In this document: positions 10,848-24,278 of the stretch, piece after piece | How the letters are laid out: the number at the start of each line of letters is the position of its first letter | Position numbering within the stretch: the first letter of the stretch is position 1 | NCBI GenBank assembly: GCA_963748015.1 | Contig: CAVVHE010000008.1 | Location: 256,001-320,000, forward strand | Direction of reading: 5' to 3' | Length of the DNA stretch: 64,000 nt | DNA from: Terriglobia bacterium | Lineage (GTDB): Bacteria > Acidobacteriota > Polarisedimenticolia > Polarisedimenticolales > JAIQFR01 | Made by a program: the position numbers and the translations under genes | Notes under the pieces: model-generated | The model's database searches: none | What the model was told of the DNA's origin: nothing | Seen by the model: the letters and a program-made list of their open reading frames with translations, nothing else

Positions 10848-12045
10848 ATGGCAGCGACCTTCGATCGATCGGAAGAGCATCCCGACATCGTCACGCTCAA
10901 CATGGGGCCGTCGCACCCGGCCACCCACGGCGTGCTGAGGATCGTGCTGCGCCTCGACGGAGAGAGGGTGGTCACGGCCGTGCCCCACATCGGCTACCTC
11001 CACCGGGGCATGGAGAAGATCGCCGAGAACCGGACCTACCTCCAGTTCATCCCGTACACCGACCGGATGGACTACCTGAGCCCGCTGGCCGCGAACGTCG
11101 GCTTCGCGCTCGCCATCGAGGCGCTCCTCGGCATCCGGGTGCCGCCTCGCTGCGAGGTCATCCGCGTCCTCTGCTGCGAGCTGGCGCGGGTCGGCTCCCA
11201 CCAGGTCTGGCTGGGAACGCACGCCCTCGACCTCGGCGCCGGGACGGTGTTCTTTCACACCTTCCGCGACCGCGAGTGGCACTACGACCTGATCGAGGAC
11301 CTGACGGGCGCCCGGCTGACGACCTCCTTCACGCGGGTCGGCGGCGTGGCGCGCGACGTGGACCGGGCCTGGCTGGGCAGGCTTCGCGAGTTCGTGGACG
11401 CGATGCCGCGCCGGATCGACGAGTACGAGTCGCTATTGACCAAGAACGCGATCTGGCTCGAGAGGACGCGCGGCGTCGGGGTGCTGCGCGCCGCGGATGC
11501 GATCGCCTACGGGGTCACGGGCCCCGTGCTCCGCGGGTCCGGCGTCGAGTACGACGTCCGCAAGGCGCGCCCGTACTCCGGCTACGAGCAGTACGACTTC
11601 GAGGTCCCGGTGGGGACGGAAGGGGACATCTACGATCGCTACCTCGTCCGGATCGAGGAGATGCGGCAGTCGGTCCGCATCCTCGACCAGGCGCTCCGGA
11701 ACCTCCCCGACGGTCCGGTGAACGTGGACGACCCCAAGATCTTCCCTCCCCCGAAGCAGAAGGTCCTCACCAGCATGGAGGAGCTGATCCACCAGTTCAT
11801 GCTGGTCACCGAGGGATTCGAGTGCCCGGCCGGGCGAGGTGTTCCACTCGACCGAGGTCCCCAAGGGCGAGCTGGGGTTCTACGTGATCTCGACCGGAGG
11901 GAAGTCGCCCTACCGCCTCAGGATCCGGTCCCCGAGCTTCAACAACCTGTCCACGATGCCCATCCTCTGCGAGGGGGGGCTCGTGGCGGACGTGATCGCG
12001 AACATCGGCAGCCTCGATCCCGTGCTGGGCGAGGTGGACCGCTGA
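10848..12045 (+). CDS. nuoD: NADH-quinone oxidoreductase subunit D (+1 frameshift near 11835)
   Basis: [24 protein letters not shown]-terminus EVPKGELG...[12 protein letters not shown] in the next frame. Confidence 0.93.
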
Positions 12046-12067
12046 TCGAGCCATCTCCGGAGTAGGC

Positions 12068-12533
12068 ATGCTGGGTCCCGAGTTCGAGGCGAAGGTGAAC
12101 GCGGTGGTCGCGCGCTACCCGGAGCCGCAGGCCGCCCTTCTTCCCGATCCTCTGGCTCGTCCAGAGGACGAAGGGATGGGTGGACCTCGACTCCGAGGCG
12201 TGGATCGCGAGCCGCCTCGGCGTGAGCCCGGCGCACGTGCACGGGGTCGTGACCTTCTACACGATGTACAAGCGCCGCCCCTGGGGGAAGTACCACATCC
12301 AGGTCTGCACCACGCTCTCGTGCATGCTCCGCGGCTCCGACGACCTGATGGCGCACCTCGAGAAGCGGCTCGGGATCAAGCCCGGGCAGACCAGCCCCGA
12401 CGGGCGCTTCTCCCTGATCAAGGTCGAGTGCCTCGGATCCTGCGGCACGGCGCCGATGCTCCAGCTCAACGACGACTACCACGAGAACCTGACGATCGAG
12501 AGCCTCGACCGGTTGCTCGACGGCCTCCCCTGA
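12068..12533 (+). CDS. nuoE: NADH-quinone oxidoreductase subunit E (frameshift near 12145)
   Basis: [11 protein letters not shown] and [11 protein letters not shown] 2Fe-2S ligands. Confidence 0.92.
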
Positions 12534-12543
12534 CGGAGATCGG

Positions 12544-13810
12544 ATGGAACGGATCCTGACCCGCAACGTGGACAAGGAGGCCTCCCACACGCTCGCCGTG
12601 TACGAGGCGGGGGGGGGCTACCGGGCGTTCCGCAGCGTGCTGCGCTCGACGACCCCCGACGGGGTCACGGACCTGGTCAAGAAGTCCGGCCTTCGCGGGC
12701 GCGGCGGCGCCGGGTTCCCGACGGGGCTCAAGTGGTCCTTCATGCCGAAGGAATCGCCGAAGCCGAAGTACCTGATCTGCAACGCCGACGAGTCGGAGCC
12801 CGGGACCTTCAAGGACCGCGTGCTGCTCGAGCGCGACCCGCACCTCGTCCTCGAGGGATGCCTGATCTCCGCGTTCGCGATGTCGGCGCGGGCGGCGTTC
12901 GTCTACATCCGCGGCGAGTACGTGTTCGCCTCGCGGATCCTCGAGCAGGCGATCGCCGAGGCGTACGCCGCCGGTCTCGCCGGGAAGAACATCCTCGGCA
13001 GCGGCTTCGACTGCGACCTCGTGCTCCACGTCGGCGCGGGCGCCTACATCTGCGGCGAGGAGACCTCGCTGATGAGCTCCCTCGAGGGGAACCGCGGCTA
13101 CCCGAGGCTCAAGCCGCCGTTCCCCGCGCAGGCGGGTCTCTGGGGCTGTCCCACCACGATCAACAACGTCGAGACCCTGGCGAACGTGCCGTTCATCGTC
13201 GAGCGCGGAGCCGGACTGGTTCCTCTCGATCGGCAAGCCGCCGAAGAACACCGGCCCGAAGCTGTACGCGCTGAGCGGCCACGTGAAGCGCCCGGGCGTG
13301 TACGAGGGGCCGATGGGCCTCCCGCTCCGCGAGCTGATCTACGAGCTCGGCGGCGGGATGCTGCGCGACGACCGGCCGCTCAAGGCCGTGATCCCCGGCG
13401 GGTCGTCGGTCCCGGTGCTCACCGCGGACGAGTGCGAGGTGGATCTCGACTTCGACTCGCTGGCGGCCAAGGGGAGCATGCTCGGCTCCGCCGGCGTGAT
13501 CGTGATGGACAGCTCGACGTGCATGGTGAAGGCGATCGAGCGCCTCGCGCACTTCTACGCGCACGAGTCCTGCGGCCAGTGCACCCCCTGCCGCGAGGGG
13601 TGCGGCTGGATGGAGCGGATCCTCTCCCGGATCGAGCGCGGCGGCGGGCGGCAGGAGGACATGGACCTGCTCGCGGACATCGCCTCGAACATCCTGGGGA
13701 ACACCATCTGCCCGCTCGGGGACGCGGCAGCCATGCCCGTGGCCTCGTTCGTGACCAAGTTCCGGCCCGAATTCCAGTACCACGTGGACCACAAGAAGTG
13801 CATGGTGTGA
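12544..13810 (+). CDS. nuoF: NADH-quinone oxidoreductase subunit F (frameshift near 13210)
   Basis: [40 protein letters not shown]. Confidence 0.93.
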
Positions 13811-13811
13811 G

Positions 13812-15397
13812 ATGCCGAAGCTGATCCTGGACGGCGAGGAGATCGAGGTCGCGCCGGGGACGACGGTCCTCGCGGCGGCGGTCTCCCGCGGCCGCGAGAT
13901 ACCGCACTACTGCTGGCACCCCGGGCTCTCCATCTCCGGCAACTGCCGGATGTGCCTGGTGGAGGTCGAGAAGGCCCCGAAGCTCGTGATCGCGTGCTCG
14001 ACGCCGGTGGCCGACGGGATGGTGGTCCGCACGGAGACCGACCGGGTGAAGAAGGCCCGGGAGGCGATGATGGAGTTCTTCCTCATCAACCACCCGCTCG
14101 ACTGCCCGATCTGCGACCAGGCGGGGGAGTGCCGCCTGCAGGAGTACGCGGTCGAGCACGGGACCGGGAAGAGCCGCTTCGTCGAGACGAAGCTCAACCT
14201 GAGCAAGTCGGTGGACATCGGCCCGCACGTCCTCCTCGACCAGGAGCGGTGCATCCAGTGCAGCCGGTGCATCCGCTTCTGCAACGAGGTCACCGGAACG
14301 TCCGAGCTGGCCTTCTTCAACCGCGGCGAGCGGACCGTGATCGGGATCTACCCGGGGCGCCCGCTCGACAACGCCTACTCCGGGAACGTCGTGGACATCT
14401 GCCCCGTGGGTGCCTTGACCCTCAAGGAGTTCCGCTTCGAGACGCGGGTGTGGTACCTCAAGAACACCCCGTCCGTCTGCGCCGCCTGCGCCCGCGGCTG
14501 CAACGTGCTCGTCGCCGTCGGTCAGAAGCAGGTCCAGATGACGTCGCCGGGACAGCTCGACGACCGGATCAAGCGGATCGTCCCCCGCCCGAACGAGGAC
14601 GTGAACGGGCACTGGATGTGCGACGAGGGGCGGCTCTCGTACCGTCGCCTCGCGGCCGCCCCGCGGCTCGCGACCGCCGAGGCCCCGGCCGGGACGCCTT
14701 CGGACTGGGACGCCGCCATAGGTTCGGCGGGGGCGCTCCTCGCCGGCGCGGCAGGGAAGGGACGCCTCGCGGCGATCCTGTCCCCCGCCTCACGTCGGAG
14801 GACCTGTTCGCGTGGCGCAGGCTGCTCGGCGCGCTCGGCGGCGCCCGGATCGGCGTTCGCCGGCTCGCGCGCGGCGAGGACGACGCGCTCCTGGTCCGCG
14901 CCGACAAGGGCGCGAACTCGAAGGGGGCGTCCTGGATCCTCGGCGACGACGCGACCGAGACGGCGATCCTCGCCGCCGCGGGGCGCGGCGAGGTGGACAC
15001 GCTGCTCGTGGCCGGCGACCCGCTGGATCCGGCGGACACCGCGGTGCTCGAGCCCGCGGCGCGCTCGCGCGTGGCGCACGTCGTCTTCGTCGGACCGTTC
15101 GTCTCCGGCGCGGCCGCCGGCGCAGACGTGCTGCTCCCGTCCTCGGCCTGGGCCGAGGAGGACGGCACCTTCGTCAACTTCGAGGGGCGCGTGCAGCGCG
15201 TAGGGCGTTGCCACCTCCCGCGCGGCGAGGGGCGGCCGGGCTGGCGCGTGGCGGCGGACCTCGGTCTCGCGGCGGGCGTGACGATGCCGCAGTGGACCTC
15301 GGCGGACGAGATCCTTGCCACGCTCGCCGCGGTGTGCAAACCATTCGAGGGGCTGACCCCCTCGGCGATCGGCCTCCTGGGCGTGTCGCGAGGGTGA
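13812..15397 (+). CDS. nuoG: NADH-quinone oxidoreductase subunit G, short form (frameshift near 14785)
   Basis: [40 protein letters not shown]-terminal [16 protein letters not shown] in another frame. Confidence 0.9.
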
Positions 15398-15398
15398 C

Positions 15399-16448
15399 GT
15401 GAGCGATCTCCTGTTCAACGTGCTGATCACCGCAGCCAAGCTCGCCATCGCGATCGGCGGCCTGTTCGGCGTGGTCGTGATCATGGAGTGGATCGAGCGG
15501 CGGCTGTCGGCGCTCATCCAGTTCCGCTGGGGCCCGAACCGCGTCGGCCCCTTCGGCCTGTTCCAGCCGGTCGCGGACGGCATCAAGTTCCTCTGGAAGC
15601 AGGAGCTGTTCCCCGCCGAGGCGCACAAGCCGGCGTTCCTCCTCGCCCCGGCGATGGCGCTGATCCCCGCCCTCTTCGCGTTCACCGTGATCCCGTTCGG
15701 CCCGACGGTCGAGATCTTCGGCCACAAGGTCGCGCTCGCGGTCCTCGACCTCGACGGCGGGATCCTCTTCGCGTTCGCGGCGAGCTCCCTCGGGGTCCTC
15801 GGCATCGTCACCGCGGGCTGGGCCTCGCGGAACAAGTACGCGCTGATGGGCGGCCTGAGGTCGTCGGCGCAGATGATCTCCTACGAGCTGGCGATGGTCC
15901 TCTCGGTGATCGGCGTGCTGCTCGTGTCCGGCACGCTGCGGCCGACCGCGATCGTGGAGCGGCAGTCGGGCTGGTTCTGGAACTGGAACGCCTTCGCGGG
16001 CGGCTGGCAGTTCCTCGGCTTCCTGATCTTCCTGATCGCGGGGTTCGCGGAGACGAACCGGCTGCCGTTCGACCTCCCCGAGGCCGAGTCGGAGCTGGTC
16101 GCCGGATACCACACCGAGTACTCGTCCATCAAGTTCGCGATGTTCTTCATGGCCGAGTACATGAACATGGCCACCTCGTCCGCGCTGCTCGTCACGCTGT
16201 TCCTCGGCGGCTGGCAGCTCGGCTTCCCGGTGCCGCTCGCCGGCTGGCCGCTCTGGACGCTGCAGATCCTGGCGTTCTGCGCGAAGCTCGCGTTCTTCCA
16301 GGTCTTCTTCGTGTGGGTCCGCTGGACCCTCCCGAGGTTCCGCTACGACCAGCTCATGAGCCTCGGCTGGAAGGGGCTGTTCCCGCTGGCGCTGGCCAAC
16401 CTGATGCTGACCGCCGTCCTGACCGCCTTCGGCCTGGTCAAGAGGTGA
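15399..16448 (+). CDS. nuoH: NADH-quinone oxidoreductase subunit H
   Basis: GPNRVGPFGLFQPVADGIK, ETNRLPFDLPEAESELVAGY. Confidence 0.96.
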   Translation: MSDLLFNVLITAAKLAIAIGGLFGVVVIMEWIERRLSALIQFRWGPNRVGPFGLFQPVADGIKFLWKQELFPAEAHKPAFLLAPAMALIPALFAFTVIPFGPTVEIFGHKVALAVLDLDGGILFAFAASSLGVLGIVTAGWASRNKYALMGGLRSSAQMISYELAMVLSVIGVLLVSGTLRPTAIVERQSGWFWNWNAFAGGWQFLGFLIFLIAGFAETNRLPFDLPEAESELVAGYHTEYSSIKFAMFFMAEYMNMATSSALLVTLFLGGWQLGFPVPLAGWPLWTLQILAFCAKLAFFQVFFVWVRWTLPRFRYDQLMSLGWKGLFPLALANLMLTAVLTAFGLVKR

Positions 16449-16458
16449 GGGGAGAGCG

Positions 16459-16953
16459 ATGGAGCTGATCGCCTTCTTCGTCCTCGCCGTCCTCGCGGTC
16501 GCGTCCGCGCTGGTGGTGATCACGCACCGCAACCCGGTGATCTCGGCGCTCGCGCTGGGCATCAACCTGATCTCGATCGCGGGCTTCTACCTCGTGCTCA
16601 GGGCGCAGTTCCTCGCGCTCCTCCAGATCATCGTGTACGCCGGCGCGATCCTCGTGCTGATCGTGTTCGTGATCATGCTCCTGAACCTCAAGGACGAGGC
16701 GCGCCAGCGGGAATCGGGCTCGATCCAGCGCTGGCTCGGGCCGCTCCTCGCCCTGGCGTTCGCGGTGATCCTCGGCCGCGCGATCGTCGCGGGGGCGGGT
16801 CTCGGGCTCAGCGCGGCGCGCCCCGGCTTCGGCACGGTGGAGGCGCTCGGGCGCGAGCTGTTCACCCGCTTCTACTATCCGTTCGAGGTCATCTCCCTCC
16901 TGCTGATCGTCGCCATGGTGGGAGCCGTGCTCCTCGCCAAGAGGAGGCTGTAA
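16459..16953 (+). CDS. nuoJ: NADH-quinone oxidoreductase subunit J
   Basis: [37 protein letters not shown]. Confidence 0.93.
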   Translation: MELIAFFVLAVLAVASALVVITHRNPVISALALGINLISIAGFYLVLRAQFLALLQIIVYAGAILVLIVFVIMLLNLKDEARQRESGSIQRWLGPLLALAFAVILGRAIVAGAGLGLSAARPGFGTVEALGRELFTRFYYPFEVISLLLIVAMVGAVLLAKRRL

Positions 16954-16955
16954 TC

Positions 16956-17255
16956 GTGGAGCCCCGGCTGATCCTCGCGGTCTCGGCCGTGCTGTTCGCC
17001 ATCGGCGTCCTCGGGGTGCTCCTGCGGCGGGGCGCGATCACGATCCTGATGAGCGTCGAGCTGATGCTCAACGCCGGCAATCTCGCGTTCGTCGCGTTCG
17101 CCCGCCAGCTCGGGCAGTCCGAGGGGCAGATCTACGCCTTCTTCGTCATGACGCTCGCGGCCGCCGAAGCCGCGGTCGGGCTCGCCATCGTCATCGCGCT
17201 GTTCCGCCTGCGCGGGACCACCGACGTGGACGAGATCCACCTCCTGAAGTGGTAG
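16956..17255 (+). CDS. nuoK: NADH-quinone oxidoreductase subunit K
   Basis: [23 protein letters not shown]. Confidence 0.95.
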   Translation: MEPRLILAVSAVLFAIGVLGVLLRRGAITILMSVELMLNAGNLAFVAFARQLGQSEGQIYAFFVMTLAAAEAAVGLAIVIALFRLRGTTDVDEIHLLKW

Positions 17256-17262
17256 GGCGCCC

Positions 17263-19236
<1,974 letters not shown>

Positions 19237-19242
19237 GCCTGA

Positions 19243-20700
19243 GTGATGGGTGACTTCAACCTGATGCCGGTTCTCCCGGTCCTGGCGCTGGCGGCGTTCG
19301 GCCTGCTCGCGCTCCTGTTCGCCCCCTCGCTGAAGGGCCAGTCGCGCGTCCTGGGCGGGATCTCGCTGCTCGGGGTCGCGGTCGCGGGGGCCGCGACCGC
19401 GAGGCTCTGGCAGGTCGCGGGCGGGGGAGACCCGATCGAGACGGCGGGCGGCATGGTCCGCGTGGACGGCATCGGGCTGTTCTTCGCGTCCCTCCTGCTC
19501 GGCATCGGCGCCCTCACGATCGTCGCGTCGCTCAGGTTCCTCGAGCGGGAGGAGGCGGACCACGCCGAGTTCTACCCTCTCGTGCTGTTCGCGCTGGCCG
19601 GCATGATCGCGATGGTGCAGACCACCCACCTCCTGATGGTGCTGATCGGCCTCGAGGTGTTCTCGCTGTCGCTGTACGTGCTCACGGGCTTGACGCGCGG
19701 CCGCGTGCGCTCGGTGGAGTCGGCGCTCAAGTACTTCCTCCTCGGGGCGTTCTCGTCCGGATTCCTCGTGTACGGGATGGCGCTCCTCTACGGGGCCGTC
19801 GGGTCGCTCGACATGCGCCGGATCGGCGCCGCGGCCGCGTCTTCGCCCTCCTCGATGCTCTGGATGGGGATGGGGCTCGTGCTGATCGGCCTCGCGTTCA
19901 AGATCGGTGTGGTGCCGTTCCACCACTGGGTCCCGGACGTCTACGAGGGGGCGCCGACCAACGTCGCGGGGTTCATGGCGACCGCCACCAAGACGGCGGC
20001 GTTCGCCGTGCTGCTCCGGTTCCTCCTCGGGGCCTTCGCCGGGAACGAGGGGGCCTGGGTCCCGCTCGTGACGTGGCTCGCGATCCTGACCATGACCGTG
20101 GCCAACGTGGTCGCGCTCGCCCAGACGAACATCAAGCGGCTGCTCGCGTTCTCCTCGATCGGGCACGCCGGCTACCTGCTGATCGCGGTGGTCTGCCGCC
20201 CCGAGGACGGTGTCGAGGCGATCCTGTTCTACCTGACCTCCTACGCCTTCATGACGCTCGGCGCCTTCGCGGTCGCGTCCGCGGTGGGGCACGGGGACGC
20301 GAGGTCCGAGCCCGGCTACGATCTCCGCTCGTGGTCCGGCCTCGGCTGGCGGCGGAAGGGGCTCGGCATCGCGATGTCGCTCTTCCTGTTCTCGCTGGCC
20401 GGGATCCCGCCGACCGGCGGCTTCCTCGGCAAGTACGTCATCTTCATGTCCGCGATGCACTCGCACCGGTACCTGCTCGCGGTCGTCGGCGTACTGAACG
20501 CGGTGGTGGCCGCGTACTACTATCTTCGCGTCGTCGTGACGATGTGGATGCGCGAGCCCGAGACCGACGAGGAGCCGCTTCCGGTCCCCGCGTCGCTCGC
20601 CGCGGTCCTCGCGGTCGCGGCGCTCGGCGTGCTCTACCTCGGCCTCGCCCCCGGCCGCCTGCTCGACCTGCTCGCCGGGCTCACGTCCGGATTGATCTGA
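19243..20700 (+). CDS. nuoN: NADH-quinone oxidoreductase subunit N
   Basis: ESALKYFLLGAFSSG, FKIGVVPFHHWVPDVYEGAP, SLAGIPPTGGF. Confidence 0.93.
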   Translation: MMGDFNLMPVLPVLALAAFGLLALLFAPSLKGQSRVLGGISLLGVAVAGAATARLWQVAGGGDPIETAGGMVRVDGIGLFFASLLLGIGALTIVASLRFLEREEADHAEFYPLVLFALAGMIAMVQTTHLLMVLIGLEVFSLSLYVLTGLTRGRVRSVESALKYFLLGAFSSGFLVYGMALLYGAVGSLDMRRIGAAAASSPSSMLWMGMGLVLIGLAFKIGVVPFHHWVPDVYEGAPTNVAGFMATATKTAAFAVLLRFLLGAFAGNEGAWVPLVTWLAILTMTVANVVALAQTNIKRLLAFSSIGHAGYLLIAVVCRPEDGVEAILFYLTSYAFMTLGAFAVASAVGHGDARSEPGYDLRSWSGLGWRRKGLGIAMSLFLFSLAGIPPTGGFLGKYVIFMSAMHSHRYLLAVVGVLNAVVAAYYYLRVVVTMWMREPETDEEPLPVPASLAAVLAVAALGVLYLGLAPGRLLDLLAGLTSGLI

Positions 20701-20728
20701 GAAGCTCTCCGAACCGTCTCCGCGGAGC

Positions 20729-21190
20729 GTGCGAATCGTGAAGCCTGCGGCCGGTTTCCCCCCGACCGTCGTGCGCGTGGACCTCGCCGCGAGGAGTCGC
20801 GATCACGTCCTGCGGCTGCTGGTCGCCGACCTTCGCGCGGCGGGAGCGGTGCGCGAGGAGGAGGAGCCGCTCCGCAAGCTGCTCGAGCGCGAGGAGGCCG
20901 CGACGACCGCCCTCGGCGGCGGCATCGCGCTGCCGCACGCGCGCACGGCGAGCTGCCCCGACCCGCGTCTCGCGGTCGCCCGGCTCGCGCCGGCGGTGGA
21001 CTTCGGCGCGACCGACACGATCCCCGTCGACCTGGTCTTCCTGCTGCTCGGCCCGCCCGAGGCGCCGGGGGAGCACGTCAAGCTCCTCGCCCGGATCGCC
21101 AAGCTCGCGCAGCGCAAGAGCGTCCTCGCCGAGCTCCGCGGCGCGGCCGGCGAGCCGGAGTTCCGCGCGATTCTCGACAGGGAGCTGTAG
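20729..21190 (+). CDS. PTS EIIA (fructose/nitrogen-type) domain protein
   Basis: LLEREEAATTALGGGIALPHAR with the phospho-acceptor His; VDLVFLLLGP. Confidence 0.85.
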   Translation: MRIVKPAAGFPPTVVRVDLAARSRDHVLRLLVADLRAAGAVREEEEPLRKLLEREEAATTALGGGIALPHARTASCPDPRLAVARLAPAVDFGATDTIPVDLVFLLLGPPEAPGEHVKLLARIAKLAQRKSVLAELRGAAGEPEFRAILDREL

Positions 21191-21240
21191 CCCCCCCTTC
21201 GGCGACGGGCCGCGTCGCGGGGCGGCGCAGGCAGCCCGGC

Positions 21241-23166
21241 TCACCGCTCAGCCGGGACCGTCAGCGTGAACGCCATCAGGCGATTGTCCGCGAACGTCGG
21301 GAACACCACCTGCCCGGTCTCGGGGACGTAAGTGAAGTCCGCGATGCCCGTCTCCGTGGCCGTCAGATCGAGGAGCTTCGTGACCGTGCCGGACGCGTCC
21401 ACGCGGTACAGCCGTCCCTCGTTGTGCGAGACCAGCCAGCCTCCGGCCGGGTGGTCGGCGACTCCGTCGATGATCCCCCCCTGCAATTCGGCGATCACGG
21501 CGATCTTGCCGCTCGCGAGGTCCGCGGCTTTCAGCTTCCCATCGCCGTTGTTCCCCCATACGAGGCGCTGCCCGGACACGCACACCCCGTTCGGCCTGTC
21601 CACCTCCGGGCCCTGGAGCCAGGCTTCCCACGCGCCGGCCCGTCGCCGGTAGATGACGCCCTGGGCCGAATCGGACACGTACAGGGTCCCGGCGGGGCCC
21701 ACGGCGACGTCGTTCAAGCGGATCGCGCCGGGCACGGGCTCGCGCTTCGTGACGCGCGCCGCGGCGATGTCGATCTCCACGACGGAGGTGGGCTCCACCG
21801 CGAACAGGACCCCGGCCGAGACGGCGAGACCCGTCGGGTTGCGAAGGCCGGTCACCCACGGGCGAGGCTCGCCGGTGCCGCCGGCGGGAACCGCCGAGAC
21901 CGCCTGGCGCCCCTCGGCCCCGCTCGGTACGTACGCCTCGTAGTTGGACACGAAGAGGGTGCGGGTCGCCGGGTCGTATGCCGCCGACTCCGGCAGGGCG
22001 AACGACTTCTTCGTGGACCACGCGCGGCGCAGCCCGGGCGCGGCGTACTCCGCCGTCCCGTCCTGGAGCGTGAAGCCCCACCCGCCCATCGTCTCGATCA
22101 GCGCGATCACGATCTCGTTGTCCCCCTTCCGGAGGGGCAGGTACACGGTGTCGCTCGAGCCGACGATCCCCAGGAAGGAGGGGTCTCGCCCCTGGTACTG
22201 GCTGTTTCCCTCGAACACGGAGGCGCCGTTGCAGAACACCCGGACGATGTCGCTGTACCCGATCCGGAAGGGGCGGGCGCCGTCCCGCTCGGCGCGAATC
22301 ACCGTCTTCGCGAAGACCAGCTCCGGTCCCGTACCGCGAGCGCGGTACCGGGAGACGTCCACGAGCCCGCCCGCGTCCGCCCTCGCCTCGATCCACCGCA
22401 GCGACGGCAGCTGGCGCGAGAGGGGCTCGTCGAGATCCACGCGGAGCGCCGGGATCGTCTGCGACAGCTTCCAGTCGCTCACGAACCCGGGCCCGACATC
22501 CCTGCGGGGCGGCGGGTCGAAGCGCAGCGAATCGTCCTTCCTGAATGCGAAGCTCGAGAAGTAGGCGCTGCCGTCCGCCGGCCCCATCAGGCCGATGCCG
22601 CCGCGCCGCGCGCCGTGCCGGAGCTCGGGCACGATGAGCGCCGGCGTCGGGGCATCGTCGAGGAAGACGCGCGCCTGGGTGCCGAGGACCTCGACCTTGA
22701 CGTGGAACCAGCGCCCGATCGGGATCGTTGCCGGGGCGGTGTAGCCCCGGCCGCTGTAGAGCTGCCACGAGTCCACGCGGTTCCACGCGGGCACGTACTG
22801 CACGACGTCGGGATAGAGCGGCGGCGGCACGACGCCCGCGCGGTGCGGGCGGAGGTAGACACGCTCCCAGCTCCCGTCCGGTTGCGACCGAAAGACGATC
22901 CCGGGGTAGGAGCGCGCGCCGGTCACGGCCACGTCGAATTCGAGCACTCCGTTCTCGAACTCCGCGCCCGCGACGAACGCCGTGCCGGCGAGGGCGCTGC
23001 GGCCCAGGTGCTCGACCGTCCTGGCGTTGTCCAGGTTCCATCGGCCGGAATCGAAGGGAACCGCGCCCTCGGGCTCGGCGCGGATCGAGCTCGCCGGCCA
23101 CGCCACGGCGATCAGGGAAGGCATGAGCAAGAAAAAGAGAGACCAGCCGCTTCGAGAGGTCCGCAT
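21241..23166 (-). CDS. Secreted protein: DUF1080-like beta-sandwich plus C-terminal SMP-30/gluconolactonase-like propeller
   Basis: Real start MRTSRSGWSLFF (signal peptide) lies inside the 1815-aa ORF; FENGVLEFDV, WFHVKVEV; PESAAYD, LNDVAVGPAGTLYVSDS, PNGVCV. Confidence 0.65.
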   Translation of the reverse strand: MRTSRSGWSLFFLLMPSLIAVAWPASSIRAEPEGAVPFDSGRWNLDNARTVEHLGRSALAGTAFVAGAEFENGVLEFDVAVTGARSYPGIVFRSQPDGSWERVYLRPHRAGVVPPPLYPDVVQYVPAWNRVDSWQLYSGRGYTAPATIPIGRWFHVKVEVLGTQARVFLDDAPTPALIVPELRHGARRGGIGLMGPADGSAYFSSFAFRKDDSLRFDPPPRRDVGPGFVSDWKLSQTIPALRVDLDEPLSRQLPSLRWIEARADAGGLVDVSRYRARGTGPELVFAKTVIRAERDGARPFRIGYSDIVRVFCNGASVFEGNSQYQGRDPSFLGIVGSSDTVYLPLRKGDNEIVIALIETMGGWGFTLQDGTAEYAAPGLRRAWSTKKSFALPESAAYDPATRTLFVSNYEAYVPSGAEGRQAVSAVPAGGTGEPRPWVTGLRNPTGLAVSAGVLFAVEPTSVVEIDIAAARVTKREPVPGAIRLNDVAVGPAGTLYVSDSAQGVIYRRRAGAWEAWLQGPEVDRPNGVCVSGQRLVWGNNGDGKLKAADLASGKIAVIAELQGGIIDGVADHPAGGWLVSHNEGRLYRVDASGTVTKLLDLTATETGIADFTYVPETGQVVFPTFADNRLMAFTLTVPAER

Positions 23167-23219
23167 GGCTGACTCCTGCGCAGGTGGTCGCCGCGGGGCA
23201 CGCGAGGCCGGCTCGGGTT

Positions 23220-24248
23220 TCAGCTTGCCTCGCTCGGAGAGCCGGCCGCGGCGACGTCTCTCACGCACCGGAACCCGATGCCGCGCATCGACTTCGGCAG
23301 CACGCTGATGCCACCGGTGTAGTTGACCGCGAAGGCGGTCGTGCGGTCGGCTTCCTCCGACGACCAGTAATAGATGGGGGCCTCGTCGGGCGCCCACAGC
23401 GGGGTCTCCTTGTCCGGAGGCGTGCGGCACGCGGCGTGGGGCGACCGGCGGTCCCACGCGCACCCCGCATTCGTTCCACCGCGCGTGAGCGAGAGCACGA
23501 TCTCGTCCGCGGTCGGCAGCCGCCAGCTCGCGGCGGGCGCGGAGAGAAGCGAGGCTCCGTCTTCGCTCAGAAACGCGCAGCGATCGTTTGACGAGCCGCC
23601 GTGGCGGGTCAGTGACTCCCAGGAAAGGGGGCCGGTCCCGGGCTCGTCCGAGTTCCACCCCGCGCCCCGGGGCGCCCACTCCAGGGTGACGCCGTTCCCC
23701 TCGATGACCCGCGCTCCTCGAAGGCCGTCGTCGTGCCTGGCGAGCAGCCCCGGCAACTGCTGCACCGCCAGGATGGAGACGCCGAGGAGCGGCACGCCGA
23801 CGAGAAGGACGTATCGGTAGCTCCGAACGATCCAGCGCGGCGACGCAGCGACGCCCTCCTCTCGCAGCAGGCGCCGGTGGCGCCCCTCGAGCAGGAAGAG
23901 AAGCGCCGCCAGAACGACGGGCCCCAGGAGCATTGCGGCGCTGAAGAGAAGCTGGCCGAGGGGCGCCATGCCTCGCTGCACCTGCACGGTCAGCCACAGC
24001 GCCCAAGCGACGAATCCGGCGCCCAGCAACAAGGCGCCGCCGGCCCGGGGCCACCGCAGCGCCACGAGGAACAACGCAAGCAGGGCGAGCGCCGGGGCCA
24101 GGTAGCCCGCCATTCGCGCGATGGGCTGTCCCCACCCCTCGTAGAACAGGCTGGCGGTGCCGGTGAACGCCACGACGGTCGTCGCGATGACCGCGAGCAC
24201 GGTTGCGAGCACACCGGGAAGGCCTCGGACGACGTGGCTCGGTGCCAT
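23220..24248 (-). CDS. Membrane protein with C-terminal DUF1566 (Lcl, C-type-lectin-fold) domain
   Basis: Several TM helices, then WRLPTADEI, YYWSS and GFRCVRD. Confidence 0.7.
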   Translation of the reverse strand: MAPSHVVRGLPGVLATVLAVIATTVVAFTGTASLFYEGWGQPIARMAGYLAPALALLALFLVALRWPRAGGALLLGAGFVAWALWLTVQVQRGMAPLGQLLFSAAMLLGPVVLAALLFLLEGRHRRLLREEGVAASPRWIVRSYRYVLLVGVPLLGVSILAVQQLPGLLARHDDGLRGARVIEGNGVTLEWAPRGAGWNSDEPGTGPLSWESLTRHGGSSNDRCAFLSEDGASLLSAPAASWRLPTADEIVLSLTRGGTNAGCAWDRRSPHAACRTPPDKETPLWAPDEAPIYYWSSEEADRTTAFAVNYTGGISVLPKSMRGIGFRCVRDVAAAGSPSEAS

Positions 24249-24278
24249 GACGACCTCCTCGCGGCCCGGCCGGCCGGG

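Noticed and set aside
10848..15397. Programmed frameshifting or true pseudogenes in nuoD-G
   Set aside because: No consistent slippery sites; single indels in four consecutive conserved genes fit consensus error better.
23220..24248. DUF1566 C-type-lectin-fold protein as a diversity-generating retroelement target
   Set aside because: No reverse transcriptase and no template repeat differing at adenines was seen in the window.
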